Assembly (NCBI GenBank): GCA_030704615.1
Contig: CM060731.1
Coordinates: forward strand, 76,446,001 to 76,510,000
DNA: 64,000 nucleotides
From: Takakia lepidozioides
Taxonomy: Eukaryota > Plantae > Bryophyta
Direction of reading: 5' to 3'
Every line of letters starts with the position of its first letter. Positions within the stretch are counted from its first letter, which is position 1. The notes under the pieces are model-generated. The model was not told the origin of the DNA, made no database searches, and saw nothing but the letters and a program-made list of their open reading frames with translations. The translations under genes and the position numbers were made by a program. Of the stretch, positions 33,366-44,549 are shown piece after piece.

Positions 33366-34586
33366 CATGGCCGCTCTGGCAGTTTAGCCATTTCTCCAAG
33401 GGGTTTAGCCACGCCAAGCTAGGGTTTGTGTCTCTTGGACTCTAGGCTTCTTTCCACCGAGCTATGGTGGCTGTGAGGAAATCAGCAAGGTATCCTTGCT
33501 CTTTCGGCTCCCACACACCACCATAGTAGCCCTAAGCCATGAGGTGGTTGCCACAAACCAAGCCTTCTTTCTCACTTAGCCTACCCAAACACGCCACTAA
33601 ACTCAATGGCAAACAACCAAGCCCTGCTGGTTCCCAGCCCTTGTGAGCACTCATTCAAGCACTCTCCTTGGCCATAGCATCTGTCTTAGAGCCTCTTCCA
33701 GCCCCCTACACCTGCTGCTTCAAGAGTTGCGCTCCCTTCAAGCTTGAAGTTGAAACCCCAACTCACATAGGCCCTACAAGTGCTTTTCTTTCACTCCAAG
33801 TGGAAACCAGCCCTTCCCTCTTCTTTGCTTGCCCTCCAAGCTTGAAGATGGAAGCTTCAATGAGCTGAATACATGCTCCACACATACAACCTCTTCACAC
33901 AAGAGATATCAGCCCCCTATCTTGGCTCCTTGGCTCCTTGATGCTCTCTAAGACAAGACTAAGCACTCCATAGCCTTTGCCAAGCTCCTGAAACCCTAAG
34001 GCTTACATTTCCAGCCACAAGACACTTCTCTTGTGGTGCAAGAGCTCTTCTTCCAAGCTCTGTAACCCTAGGTGCACATTCCATGGCCTTGCCGCACCTC
34101 TTAGCTCCTGTTCCAGCCCTGCTCTCGCCATGACAAGAGCCCTCTCAATACTGAAGCTCGAGATTGAAACCCAATCTCACCATACTCCACAAAGTGCACT
34201 GATTTGCCCCAAGCCAAATCAGCCCTTTCGCTTGGTCTTGCAATCCTTCACACAATGACAGCTCGCATTCCCAAGTCCAGTTCTCAGCTTTGCCACCAAA
34301 GCCACCATAACCTGCTCTTGACTGGTCCTCTTCCCAATCGTGCTTGCTCATGCATGTACACAATCTGAAACCATCAAGGTGCTCTGGAATTACCTACAGT
34401 ATGGTGCTTTCATCTCTGAAGCTGAAGATCGAATGCCAAGGTTTACCACCTCGTAACCCACATCGCCTCCGCTTCTAACAACCAAGAGCTCCACGGTGCT
34501 CCTTGCATAACAACTTGGTTTCTCTCATTCTCAAGCAAAAACCACAAGTGCTACAACTAACTCGTATCTAGCACTCATAGATACGA

Positions 34587-34602
34587 GCTCATCTTTCTCG
34601 AG
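34587..34602 (-). promoter_or_regulatory. Putative self-priming PBS of the inner element
   Basis: Minus-strand CTCGAGAAAGATGAGC directly follows TTATCA of the 5' B repeat and is the exact reverse complement of minus-strand GCTCATCTTTCTCGAG (34768-34783) inside B. There is no TGG-type tRNA PBS. Confidence 0.8.
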
Positions 34603-34929
34603 TGATAAAGAGGAAGAATACAAGCACAAGCTCATGCGAGCTCACAAAGCTGAAGCATAAACTCATGCATATATAACCTCATCACTCAAATACAAGTCAA
34701 GCCAAGTGCACCCCACGCCATGGGGAATCCACACTACGGCGCCATAGCTAGGCGCGGTGAGGCTCAACTCGAGAAAGATGAGCCTCCCGCGCTTGCCGTG
34801 AAGATAACCACTCCAGGGCCTAAATCTGCCTTGACCCCTGGATTAACACTTGGGCCAATCCCAAATGTCAATATGTAAAAGCTAGCTATTTCCTAGCTAG
34901 TTTCACACTAGTGGTAAAATAACTTGACA
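34603..34929 (-). repeat. Terminal repeat segment B, 5' copy (327 bp)
   Basis: TGTCA...TTATCA on the minus strand. Not preceded by segment A. Confidence 0.95.
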
Positions 34930-34933
34930 GTCT

Positions 34934-37900
34934 TGTTAGACAACCAGGGAGACATTCTCACTTTGAGTGGACCGGCATGCAAGAAGTACCGGCCACTGCG
35001 GGTCTTGTTGGACTCAGGAGCTCAGCCACTGATGTGGCAGAGCTGCTATTGCAGGTTTGGGCCTCATGGAGGCGGATATGGAGCCTTGTCCTTTCCAGAT
35101 ACAGACATCTCTGGGAGGATCAGAGCAGGCTCGGGGCATGACACGGCGTGAGTTGGCCATTGGACTACAACCAGATCATCATGTAGATGGCTCAGTGATG
35201 CGAGCCAAGGCCATTGTGACAGATGCGGTCTCTTACGATGTCATTGTTGGTGGGGCAGTGTTATATCCCATGGGCTTCACCCTGGACTTTTGGGAGGAGT
35301 CAGCATCATACAGGCCTGGATGGCAGTCAGGGGATGGTCGTCGTGCACAGCTCCCTGTGACATTCATTGGGGGTATTGCGGCTGCCCAGCGGGGCAAGAT
35401 GCCAACACTAGCCGCCTTTACAGCTGTAGTTAGTTGGCCTGGAGAGTTGCTGGAAGGCAATGCCCATGCAGAGGATGTGCCACCTCCAGCAGAGCAGGAT
35501 GACATGCATGGTACGGCGGAGTTGTCTGCCACGGTTGCTCACACTCCATTATGGGGTACGAGCAAGGATTTGCAGCAGGCTGCTGATGGACGGGTACAAC
35601 AAGCCTGGGTAGAGGCCTTCGTACCGTTAGGAGAAGATGAGAGTGCGGTGATTGCACCAGGACCACCTCAGTTGTCACCATTGGACACCACATCTCTTGT
35701 GTGGCAGTGCCCGGATGAAGGCATATGTCTTTTGGACTTGTTTGGCGGGATCAGCACTGGATTGGCTGCAGTACTGCAGGCAGGTGTACGAGTTCGACGT
35801 TACCTGTATGTGGAGAGGGATGAGACTGCACGACGTGTGTCACTGCACCATGTTGCTCAGTTGGTACAGCAGTACCAACTGATTTGTTGCCAATGTCTGC
35901 AGTTCGTGTATACTAACAAGCCTTGCCAATAGACATTTCGTTGCTGAGGGCGCAGGATTTGGAGCGGGTTGGCTCCATTGATCTGGTAGTGGCAGGTTGG
36001 CCCTGCCAAGGGCATTCATCAGCCAGGCATGGCAATGGATTGCGAGACTCGAGGACGGGTCTGTTTTGGGAGATGGTGCGGATTTTGCGTCACTTGCAGC
36101 TTTATCAAGCTGTATCTCCAGCATACATCTTGGAGAATGTGCCACTAATGGGTGATTCTCGGGCCAGGGTGATGGCCAGTGTGCGTCAAGTCCGGTCGTG
36201 GCTTGGGTCCGAAGTGTTGCTGGATGCAGCTGCAGTGGGGTCATGGGCTCATCATCCACGATTATGGTGGACTAACTTGATGCCACCCGCACTGCTCAAG
36301 CGTGCATTTGATGGGGTGCAGCGGCCAGCACACCTCACAGTGGATAGCATTTTGGACACAGGGAGGCAGTCTCAACGTGTGAGACACGATGACCGTTCGC
36401 CTTTGGCAGTGGTCAACAGGGTGGGTCAACCACGAGCAGCATTACCTACACTGCTCAGCTTCCCAGGATCCCATGCATGGTGGACCTGGCCTCTTGTGGG
36501 ATAGCCAGTTGCAACAATTAGTGGAGCCCAATGCTGACGAGCACGAGCGGGCGATGGGTTTTACCACAGGTACCACGGCGGTGCCATCTCTTTCTGAGGC
36601 ATCACGTTGTCAGGTGTTGGGGCAAGCAATGGATCTCAATTGCTTGACCTGGATTATCAGCTTGGCTATGGCGGAGCAGCGCAGAGTACGGAGTACACTT
36701 CCCTTCATGGTCTCCCTGCCTACCGAGACGGTATAGGCAGCGAGTGGGGGCGAGCAGGTGAGGACCACGAGGTGCAGGCCGCATCCATGGCACACGTGGG
36801 AGGTGCTCGAGGTTCAGAAGGAGTTGGCAGCCAAGGCGGCAGTGATGGATCAGGTTGGGGATTTTTCTCGGATTGAGGAGGTCCTCAAGGATGGGATGAT
36901 GGGGCACGATGAGACATTGTCACTGACAGAGGAGGCAGTGGTCATTGCTCAAGAGGTTGCAGCATAGCAACCACGGGACGCGTCTTCTACCTCTAAGCCT
37001 GCTGGACTCAAGGTTGCAGTCACGGAGGACAACTGGGAGCCTGATGTTGGACCTATAGTCACCGGAGGAGAGAGACGACGTATACGACGGTTCTTGAGGG
37101 CTTACAGGAAGTGCTTTGCCTTCAGTTTAAAGGACTTAGGAGCACTGAAGGGTCAAGAGATTCGCATTGAATTGGCTACTGACACGCCAATCTTTCGGAG
37201 ACCCTATAGATACAGTGACATGGAGAGGTCCTTGATTCAGATGAGAACTCAGGACCTTTGGGAGGCTGGTTTGGTGGAGCTATCTGGGGGAGAGTATGCT
37301 TCAGCCACAGTGATGCCAGCCAAGAAGGATGTCTTTGGCAATTGGACGGAGAGACGTATGTGCGGTGATTACCGGCCTGTAAATCGTCAGACCAAGTCCG
37401 ATAGGTATGCCATGCCAACACCAGAGGAGATCTTTGATGCCATCGGGCATGCCAAGGTCTTTAGCACGTTGGATTTACGATCCGGATATCACCAGTTGCC
37501 GATCAAGGAGGCGGATAAGCAAAAGACGGCATTCTGGGGGATCAATGAGCACGGGAAGGATTGCCTATACCAGTGGCGGTTCTTACCATTTGGGCTTAAG
37601 AACGCTCCGGCAGAGTTTCAGAGAGTCATGGACAGGATTCTAGTAGGGGTGGAGTTTGCTCGGTGCTACATAGATGACATCATCATCTTTAGTGCTACGG
37701 TGGAAGAGCATGAGAGACACCTTCAGGGGGTATTTGAGCGCTTGAGGGCGCACGGATTGAAGTTACATCCAGGAAAGTGCAAGTTTTTCCACAACCAGAT
37801 TGAATATCTGGGTCACATAATATATCCTGGAGGATTGGGGGTACAGCAGACTAAGGTAGAGTCTATTGCACAGGTTCCACGCCCCACGGATGTGAGCCGA

Positions 37901-39065
37901 GTTCGAGCTTTCATGGGATTAACAAACTATTATAGACGGTTTGTTAAGGGATTTAGTGCCATTGCAAAGGCTCTAACCAAGGTGACCAAGGTGGACCAAG
38001 AATGGCAGTGGGAAGATGAGCAAGAACAAACTTTTCAAGAGCTCAAGGCGAGGTTGACCTCGGCGCCCATCTTGAGACAACCTATCAAGGGGCGTCCTTT
38101 TCAGTTGCATACATATTGGAGCATGCTGGGGCTTGGAGCGGTGCTCACACATGTGGATGATGAGGGAAGAGAGTTCATAGTGGCTTATGCTAGCCGCTCG
38201 AACAACGTTGCAGAGTCTAAGTATAGCTCATATGAGGGAGAATGCTTAGCTGCAGTGTGGGCCGTGGCACACTTTAGGTGCTATCTATACGGCAATCTCT
38301 TCACCCTTGTCACGGATCACCAACCACTCAAGTGGTTGATGGAGTCAAACAAGCTTACGGGGAAGCTTGCACGGTGGGCACTCATCCTTCAAGAGTATGA
38401 CTTTCAGGTGGTGCATCGACCGGGTTTGGTCAATCGCAATGCAGATGGGTTGAGTTGCAATCCATGCACGAGCCAACATGATGACACTGGAGCTCGGTGG
38501 CATGGTGAGACAGACGAGGAGATGGTGCCCGGATGGCATGCATCTGCATTTCTGTGTATCTTGGCAGCGGAAGGCCAGGTTGGACCTGCAACAGGGATGA
38601 CTGTAGATCAAGTGTCTGAGGACCCTGAGGCCAACAATTAGCAAGGTGGCGCCAAAGATATACATGAGGATTCAGTTGTGTTGGACTACCTCCGCACTGA
38701 AGACACAGCAGCCACTGTGACTACCAAGGAGAGGGATCGGATCCTACAACGAGCCAATAGGTCCAAGTGGGAGGGGACACACCTGCTCCGAGTGTGGGAG
38801 GATGGTCGAGTGAGGATTGTGCCTCACCCAACACAGCTGGCACGGTTAGTGCGGCATGCCCATGAGGAGTTGGGGCATTTTGGGGTGCGACGCACTCATA
38901 GTCTACTACAGGGGCAATATTGGTGGCGTGGTATGCACACAGAGGTGCAACAATTTGTGGCTAGGTGCATGGTGTGCGACAGGGTGCGTGCTTCATTCAA
39001 CGTCTCTTCTCCACAATTGCACCCTCTTCCGATTATGGGATTGGGCTACAGGTGGAGTCTTGACT
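34934..39065 (+). pseudogene. pol: Outer element PR-DNMT-RT-RNaseH-partial integrase (disrupted)
   Basis: Same domains as the inner copy (LLDSGAQPL, LDLFGG, GWPCQ, ENV, YIDD, HHCC). Frameshifts at ~35035, ~35880 and ~36478; stops at ~36734 and ~38639; similarity ends at 39065. Confidence 0.9.
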
Positions 39066-39568
39066 GCTCGTCTGCTTGGAGGGTCTACTGGTCTGCTGGA
39101 GGGGGTCTGCCCAGTCTGCTAGAGAGGTGCCAGTCCGCTCGTCGGTCTGGAGGGTCTGCTAGAAGGTTGGAGTCGGTCTGTTGGAGGGTCTGCCCAGTCC
39201 GTTAGAAGGTCCGCCACGGTAGATTAACAAGGACTTAGAAAAATTTCAGAATCTCGCCGACCCGGTGAATGGGCGGTGGGCTTATGAGCTCACCCCAAGG
39301 GTCGTACTGGCGGGGCCCGCCCGTGCATTCATGACCCTATTATTAAACAATGAGAGGCGTTATGTATTAGAGAACGCGCCCCCTAGGCTGCGTTCCGTGG
39401 CGTAAAACAATTTAGGGGGCAGATTATGCTTGGCCTGTGATTGGCTGTAGGCCATAATGAGCCGCTAAAAGTCAAACAGCCGATTAGGATAGTCAAACTG
39501 CTGATTAGGAATGTAGAATGCGCCAGCGTCGTGGAGCGACAATCTTCTGCTTCCTAATTTGCCTCAAG

Positions 39569-39840
39569 TTAAAAGCAGGTGTGGCGGATTCTGCCACTTT
39601 TTTCTACCGAATCGGCCACCCAAGGCAGAATCGGCAGGGATGGCCGATTACGCACAGAGGACGGCAGACCTACCACCGAGGCCCATGTCGTCAGCCATCA
39701 ACCCACCCGCCCGCCTTCCCTTGAGCTCGCCCCGTTTATATCCTCTCCGGGGCTCTGAATCTGGGCAATCGATATGGGATAATCAAACCTCAATCATATT
39801 GTGCCACGTAGCGGCGAGAATCCGCCACACCTGCTTTTAA
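39569..39840. mobile_element. MITE-like element with perfect 24-bp terminal inverted repeats
   Basis: TTAAAAGCAGGTGTGGCGGATTCT (39569) and AGAATCCGCCACACCTGCTTTTAA (ends 39840). It lies within a larger region of inverted repeats (~39365-39965). Confidence 0.7.
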
Positions 39841-40756
39841 CGCCAGTGAACGGGCCGCGTTGGCCGACTCTGCCCTGTGCGTGGCCATAGGGCTCGTCCT
39901 GACGGGCTCGCCCAAAGGCCGCTTATAGGGCAGAATCGGCCAAACACGGCCCGTTCTCTAGTACAAAAGGCATAATCTGTCCAACGTAACGAGATTTAAA
40001 CGCCACATCTTATGTTTATCATTCACTGCTCTTAACCACCACACTACCCGCCACTTTCTACAAACCAATGCAATAACTAATGCTTTATGTGCATATTGTG
40101 GCCCCAACAACCTAGCTCACGTATTTTGTAGGCCACATGTGCGGGCATTCATGACCCTATTATTGTTAAATGAGAAGCATACATAACGAACGTAATGCGC
40201 CATAAGTGCAGATTATTTATCCGTATGTGTTATTGTGCTTTGTTGTTCAATTTTTTTTTGACACGTGGCACGTAAGCACCCAAAATCCCTAATGTGCTGG
40301 AAAGGCCTCGCATCAGTGCCTAACACTGTACGGGACAGTGTTAGGCGCTGCTGCTTGAAGGTACATTATTCCAGGATATTCAATGGGAGTTTATTTTATT
40401 GACATATCTATTCATATCGGAATCGGAGTGTTTGTTTCATTGGGGCAACTATATGTGCGAGATGTCATTTGTTTAAAGCTGCCCGGACCACCCAAAATTT
40501 AAAAATTTAAGAAATAAAAAAGGACGTCATTTGATCTCTGCTACATTTTCAGAGGCCACATCGTCAAATGTACAGTTTTGAAGCTGCCCGAATTTTGCGG
40601 ATAAAAAACTGAATTATGGAAATTATTTTTGTCAAATCTGCTCTAATATGTATATTTTTCTTTCTATCTTTTATTCATTCTTTCTTTGGTTTGTTCACAT
40701 ACTCAATGTAAATGTTATAGCACTTCCAAATACTACTTTGATTTCGTGGTAAGCAC

Positions 40757-41315
40757 CAATGTTGGAGTGGTATACCGATAAGAAACTGGTATCAATACTG
40801 GTATGTATACTGGTATGAAGTACCAGACCAATCTGGAGGCCACTACCTAGCATATACCCGTATTGGCCTGGTATCTGCTTCCTAATACTATGGACATACC
40901 CTACCAGTTTGGTAGGTGGTTGAAAATTTGGTACCTGATACCAGTACCAGATCCATTTTTGTGAGGTAAACCTGGTATTAATACTTTGAGGAACTTGAGG
41001 AATACCTTGAGGAATACAATCAATGAGAAGCATGCTTGTACACATTTATATGAGAAGTGGGCCTTCAAAATTTAACATATCATGAGTCTTTTCGATACCA
41101 GACCAGTATTGATAATACCTTGGTATCAATTTCAAAAAAGTCTTGCTATTTATACCCGTAAAACACCACACCTATCAGGTATTATTGATACCACCATGGT
41201 ATCAAAATCTCAGATTTTTGCCAATACCAGTACCTCCCTGGTATCACAATTGGCCGGAGGCCTATCTACCAGTACCAGTCTGGTGTGTTCAAAATACGAT
41301 ACCAGTCCAACACAC
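40757..41315. mobile_element. Degenerate hAT-like MITE rich in (T)ACCAG/GGTAT motifs
   Basis: Ends CAATGTTGGAGTGGTA and TACCAGTCCAACAC resemble the CAGTGTTGG TIR family. The TSD is not preserved. Confidence 0.55.
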
Positions 41316-42119
41316 GTTTCAATTTACTAATATTTTATGATAATACATGTATATATGATAATGGTAATAGCTGATGGGATGTCAAAACTTTTCTGATTGA
41401 ATTTTTGTCTCCTGTCTATATTTTGGAAAGTTAAAAATGTAGATCTATTAACATATTATAACTACACATCTATGAAATCAAACAAATTCATATTGAAAAT
41501 GAAATGAATATCAACATCATTAATACATCCAAAAATGTTATAACTGCACAAAAGCAAAACAATGAGTAAGAGAGATAATCCTACAAATAATGTATGAAAG
41601 CCAAACAAGTGATCTCTGAGAAGACAATAGGCTAGTCTCCAACATATTGAATCTCCCTCACCCAGTCTTGAGAATAACAAGAACTGAAGGGAGCGTAATT
41701 ACTTCAGTATGGGTGACAATGGCAATGAAGAAGTGTAAACTTCAGTCGGGGTTGCACGGTGCGAGTGTAACTCCACTTGGGATTACATGGCGGGAAGTGT
41801 AACTCCACTCGGTGTAACCCACACTTGGTCTCGAGATTTGATTTAAGTCCAAATTTGGCTAAGTTTGAAATGGACTAAGGTTACACAATACGTGGGAGTG
41901 ACATGAACCATAGAAGCCAATGGCGAAAAATACCTAAACCTAGCGAAAATACCATCAGATCATATGCCTAAATTATATTGTTACATTGTTCCTAATTTCT
42001 TTTGCATAGGGTATATTTCGAATCAGCAGAAAAATTGTTCTCAGAAGTCGTCAGTCGTGCTGCAGAGCAATACATATTCCTAGCTTAAATAAATAAACTA
42101 AGCACGTCTATCAGTGCCC

Positions 42120-42191
42120 GGAGGTATAGCTCAGTGGCAGAGCAATCGGCTGCAGTCCGATAGGTCACCGGTTCAACCCCGGTTGCCTCCT
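42120..42191 (+). tRNA. tRNA-Cys (anticodon GCA)
   Basis: 72-nt cloverleaf GGAGGTA-TA-GCTC-AGTGGCA-GAGC-A-ATCGG-CTGCAGT-CCGAT-AGGTC-ACCGG-TTCAACC-CCGGT-TGCCTCC-T. Confidence 0.93.
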
Positions 42192-42217
42192 GTTATGCGC
42201 GAGTGGTGATATATATA

Positions 42218-42505
42218 GCTGCCACTGAATAATTTAAGCTTTTATAGTTATATATGAGCATTGTCAACCACAATGTTCGCCTTTGAGATGTCTTTAAATT
42301 TATACGTTTATACCCCCTTGCCTGCCACTGAATGATGCAGATGTTTTAGTTATATATGAGCATTGTCAACCACTATGTTCGCCTTTGAGATGTATACCCC
42401 CTTGCCTGCCACTGAATGATGCAGTGCAGATTTTTTAGTTATATGTGAGCATTGTCAACCACTATGTTCGCCTTTGAGATGTCTCAGGTCTATACCCCCT
42501 TGTCT
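42218..42505 (+). repeat. Three imperfect tandem copies (~90-110 bp) just downstream of tRNA-Cys
   Basis: Repeated CTGCCACTGAAT...TAGTTATAT(A/G)TGAGCATTGTCAACCAC(A/T)ATGTTCGCCTTTGAGATGT...TATACCCCCTTG. Confidence 0.9.
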
Positions 42506-43259
42506 GCTGGAGAAGTGATGAACAATCTGTAATTAGTGATCTACAAAGATCTCCACAGTTTTCGTGGTCCAACAAGCAAATCCAAGATGAATTCCATCAC
42601 TTGAGGCATCTGTAATTTGGAGTACATAATGCAATGGCTGCCAGGCAAGTGCCACCCTAAAACCAATACATCTGGCATTTCAACCATCAATACATCTGAA
42701 TTCCTTCTTACCTTGATCATGGTTTTTTACTACCTCAAGAAGCTGGGCTGGCACAAAGTCACATGGGATACACAATCACATACAGAGAGAAGCCATTATT
42801 AAAGAGGGAGAGAGAGAGTGTGGAATGTGCGCATGTGGGTTTTCTCAGGCAGGACACAGAAATGAGTCAGAAACTTCTTCTTTTGAGCCTACACTCAGAT
42901 ACTATTTCACACTCTGCCACAACAAATGTGAGAATCTAGAAGATAAGTAGAAAATAAGCAGAGACACAAACAGAAGGGGCATTGTGTTCACTACACACAA
43001 ACCAGTGGAATTTTTTTTCATGGAGGCGTAACAATCAAACCCGACAAAATCCTTCTATCTGAGAGCCAAGTTCTCAATTTCATTGCATGTGACTTCATTT
43101 TAGATGAAGTCCATGATCCATGTGACAAAGTCAGGCAGTAAATTCCAGAGCTACAGATAAGTTCTAACAGATGACTTTGTCCATTCTCAAGATCCTTGGA
43201 AGACAAAGCCCACGGAAACAAGAGTGTTAAGAACTGCATATAGAAAGTGTTCCTACAAG

Positions 43260-44549
43260 TCAGGGAAGCAAAAGACTGGGTGAAAATAAGTACCCAGTAC
43301 TGCTGGGGGGGCAACTTTGTGCACAGAGATGACAATCTGGCAGCCAATGCCACGATTTTTGAGAAAAATTATAAGCTAAAAACTTGGCACTCCATTTCAC
43401 AAAGAGCACCACATCATTGGGTTTCACATAGTCTGAGCTTTTCACCCTCCCCTGATTACAGAGTGTAGTTTCAAGGAGGATGTCCACTACAACCCATCTC
43501 AGGGTCGCTCGATCGAGCTCCCATATGCCTATATTTCTTGATTTGTCGTGCTGATTATGCAAGTAAGAACCCACTAGGAAAAGATGCCCAGGTCTTCCAG
43601 CGAGCAAGGGGGCCCGAATCTCTGCCGGTAATGAAACGCGGAATCTACTCCAATCCTCTTGCTCAACATTGTAAGCGTGAACTTGGTAGGGACGAGATGT
43701 CAGGCAATACAGTACCCCCTCGCACACAACCGAACAAAGCACAGACCTGATTGCAAAACCAACAAGGATGCGGAAGTGACTTGCCAGAAAGGTCGTAAAT
43801 GGGTCCAGCATATTCACCATTGTTTCATGGGCGCTCCAGAGCTGGGTGACAGAATCAAAGACGAACGCTATAAGCAACTTCTGTTCGCGATTTTCACTGG
43901 CATCATGTCTTGTCACTTCCCCGATCATGACGAGCTTGTATGTACCCGCATACCTATCCACAACAATGCCTGCAACAGCTACCAAGCTCCTCGCAGGGTC
44001 GAGGGACGGTGGCAATGGCAAATCCCTCCAGAACCTTGACAACGGGTTGCACACGACCAGACGACTGGGGGTGAAGCCTTTGTTCAAAGATCGCCACCCA
44101 GAGCCCAGACAAACAAGCCCATCCGCTGCTGCTAGCGGAGATTTACAATCTACTGTGAAAGGCAGAAACGAGAGGGGCAGAGTGTGCCATTTTCCGCGCG
44201 TATCATCATACGCCAACCCCACCGTGTCGGGCATGTGGCCAAACGTAAGTAACCATCGCTCGGGTTGCACCAGTGACAGGTCCTCGCAGATCCGGATGAA
44301 GCTGGGCGTTCGCAGCTTGATCCTCCATCTCTTGCAAACAGATTGCATCCTCACTAGAATGTGCACGGGAAGCCTCGCCAGCACTTTGTCCAGTAGATCG
44401 TCTGGTAGTAAACTCCATTTTTCTTCTTCCAGTATCACCTGCTGCCTTCCCTCCCCTCTTTTGCCAACGCCCTCATCCCCTGTAACTCCCAGACGAGAAA
44501 TCCACACACTCATCACAGAGTTCTCCATAAACTCCGAGCAACAACACAA
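43260..44549 (-). CDS. F-box/kelch-like protein (single exon)
   Basis: F-box WSLLPDDLLDKVLARLP...MQSVCKRWR, then LAAADGLVC, LVVCNPLSRFWRDLP and KFLAYNFSQKSWHWLP. The probable start is MENSVM at ~44528. Confidence 0.9.
   Translation of the reverse strand: MCCCSEFMENSVMSVWISRLGVTGDEGVGKRGEGRQQVILEEEKWSLLPDDLLDKVLARLPVHILVRMQSVCKRWRIKLRTPSFIRICEDLSLVQPERWLLTFGHMPDTVGLAYDDTRGKWHTLPLSFLPFTVDCKSPLAAADGLVCLGSGWRSLNKGFTPSRLVVCNPLSRFWRDLPLPPSLDPARSLVAVAGIVVDRYAGTYKLVMIGEVTRHDASENREQKLLIAFVFDSVTQLWSAHETMVNMLDPFTTFLASHFRILVGFAIRSVLCSVVCEGVLYCLTSRPYQVHAYNVEQEDWSRFRVSLPAEIRAPLLAGRPGHLFLVGSYLHNQHDKSRNIGIWELDRATLRWVVVDILLETTLCNQGRVKSSDYVKPNDVVLFVKWSAKFLAYNFSQKSWHWLPDCHLCAQSCPPSSTGYLFSPSLLLP

Larger units (their letters stand above)
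23016..34929 (-). mobile_element. Inner (young) full-length 11.9-kb Ty3/Gypsy retrotransposon encoding Gag-PR-DNMT / RT-RNaseH-IN-PHD, with split direct repeats
   Basis: Ends TGTCG (23016) and TGACA (34929), with 4-bp TSD GTCT (23012-23015 and 34930-34933). Removing it restores the outer frame TPGVVLLDNQG. Domain order PR-RT-RH-IN is Gypsy-type. Confidence 0.95.
17983..39065 (+). mobile_element. Outer (older) DNMT-encoding Ty3/Gypsy retrotransposon, interrupted at 23015/34930 and 3'-truncated within the integrase
   Basis: Starts TGTCA at 17983 with a B-type terminal repeat. Then gag (20886-23015), PR (34934-), DNMT (~35715-36670), RT/RNaseH (37094-38641) and integrase up to WSLD at 39065. 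Carries several premature stops and frameshifts. Confidence 0.88.

Noticed and set aside
23016-34929. Classification as a DIRS/Ngaro tyrosine-recombinase element because of split direct repeats and a methyltransferase
   Set aside because: No tyrosine recombinase ORF is seen. An aspartic protease, HHCC-DDE integrase, TG..CA ends and a TSD are present, and the MTase is C5-cytosine type rather than the adenine type of DIRS.
39990-40050. tRNA-like A/B-box pattern on the minus strand
   Set aside because: The stems do not pair. At most it is a decayed repeat-associated motif.
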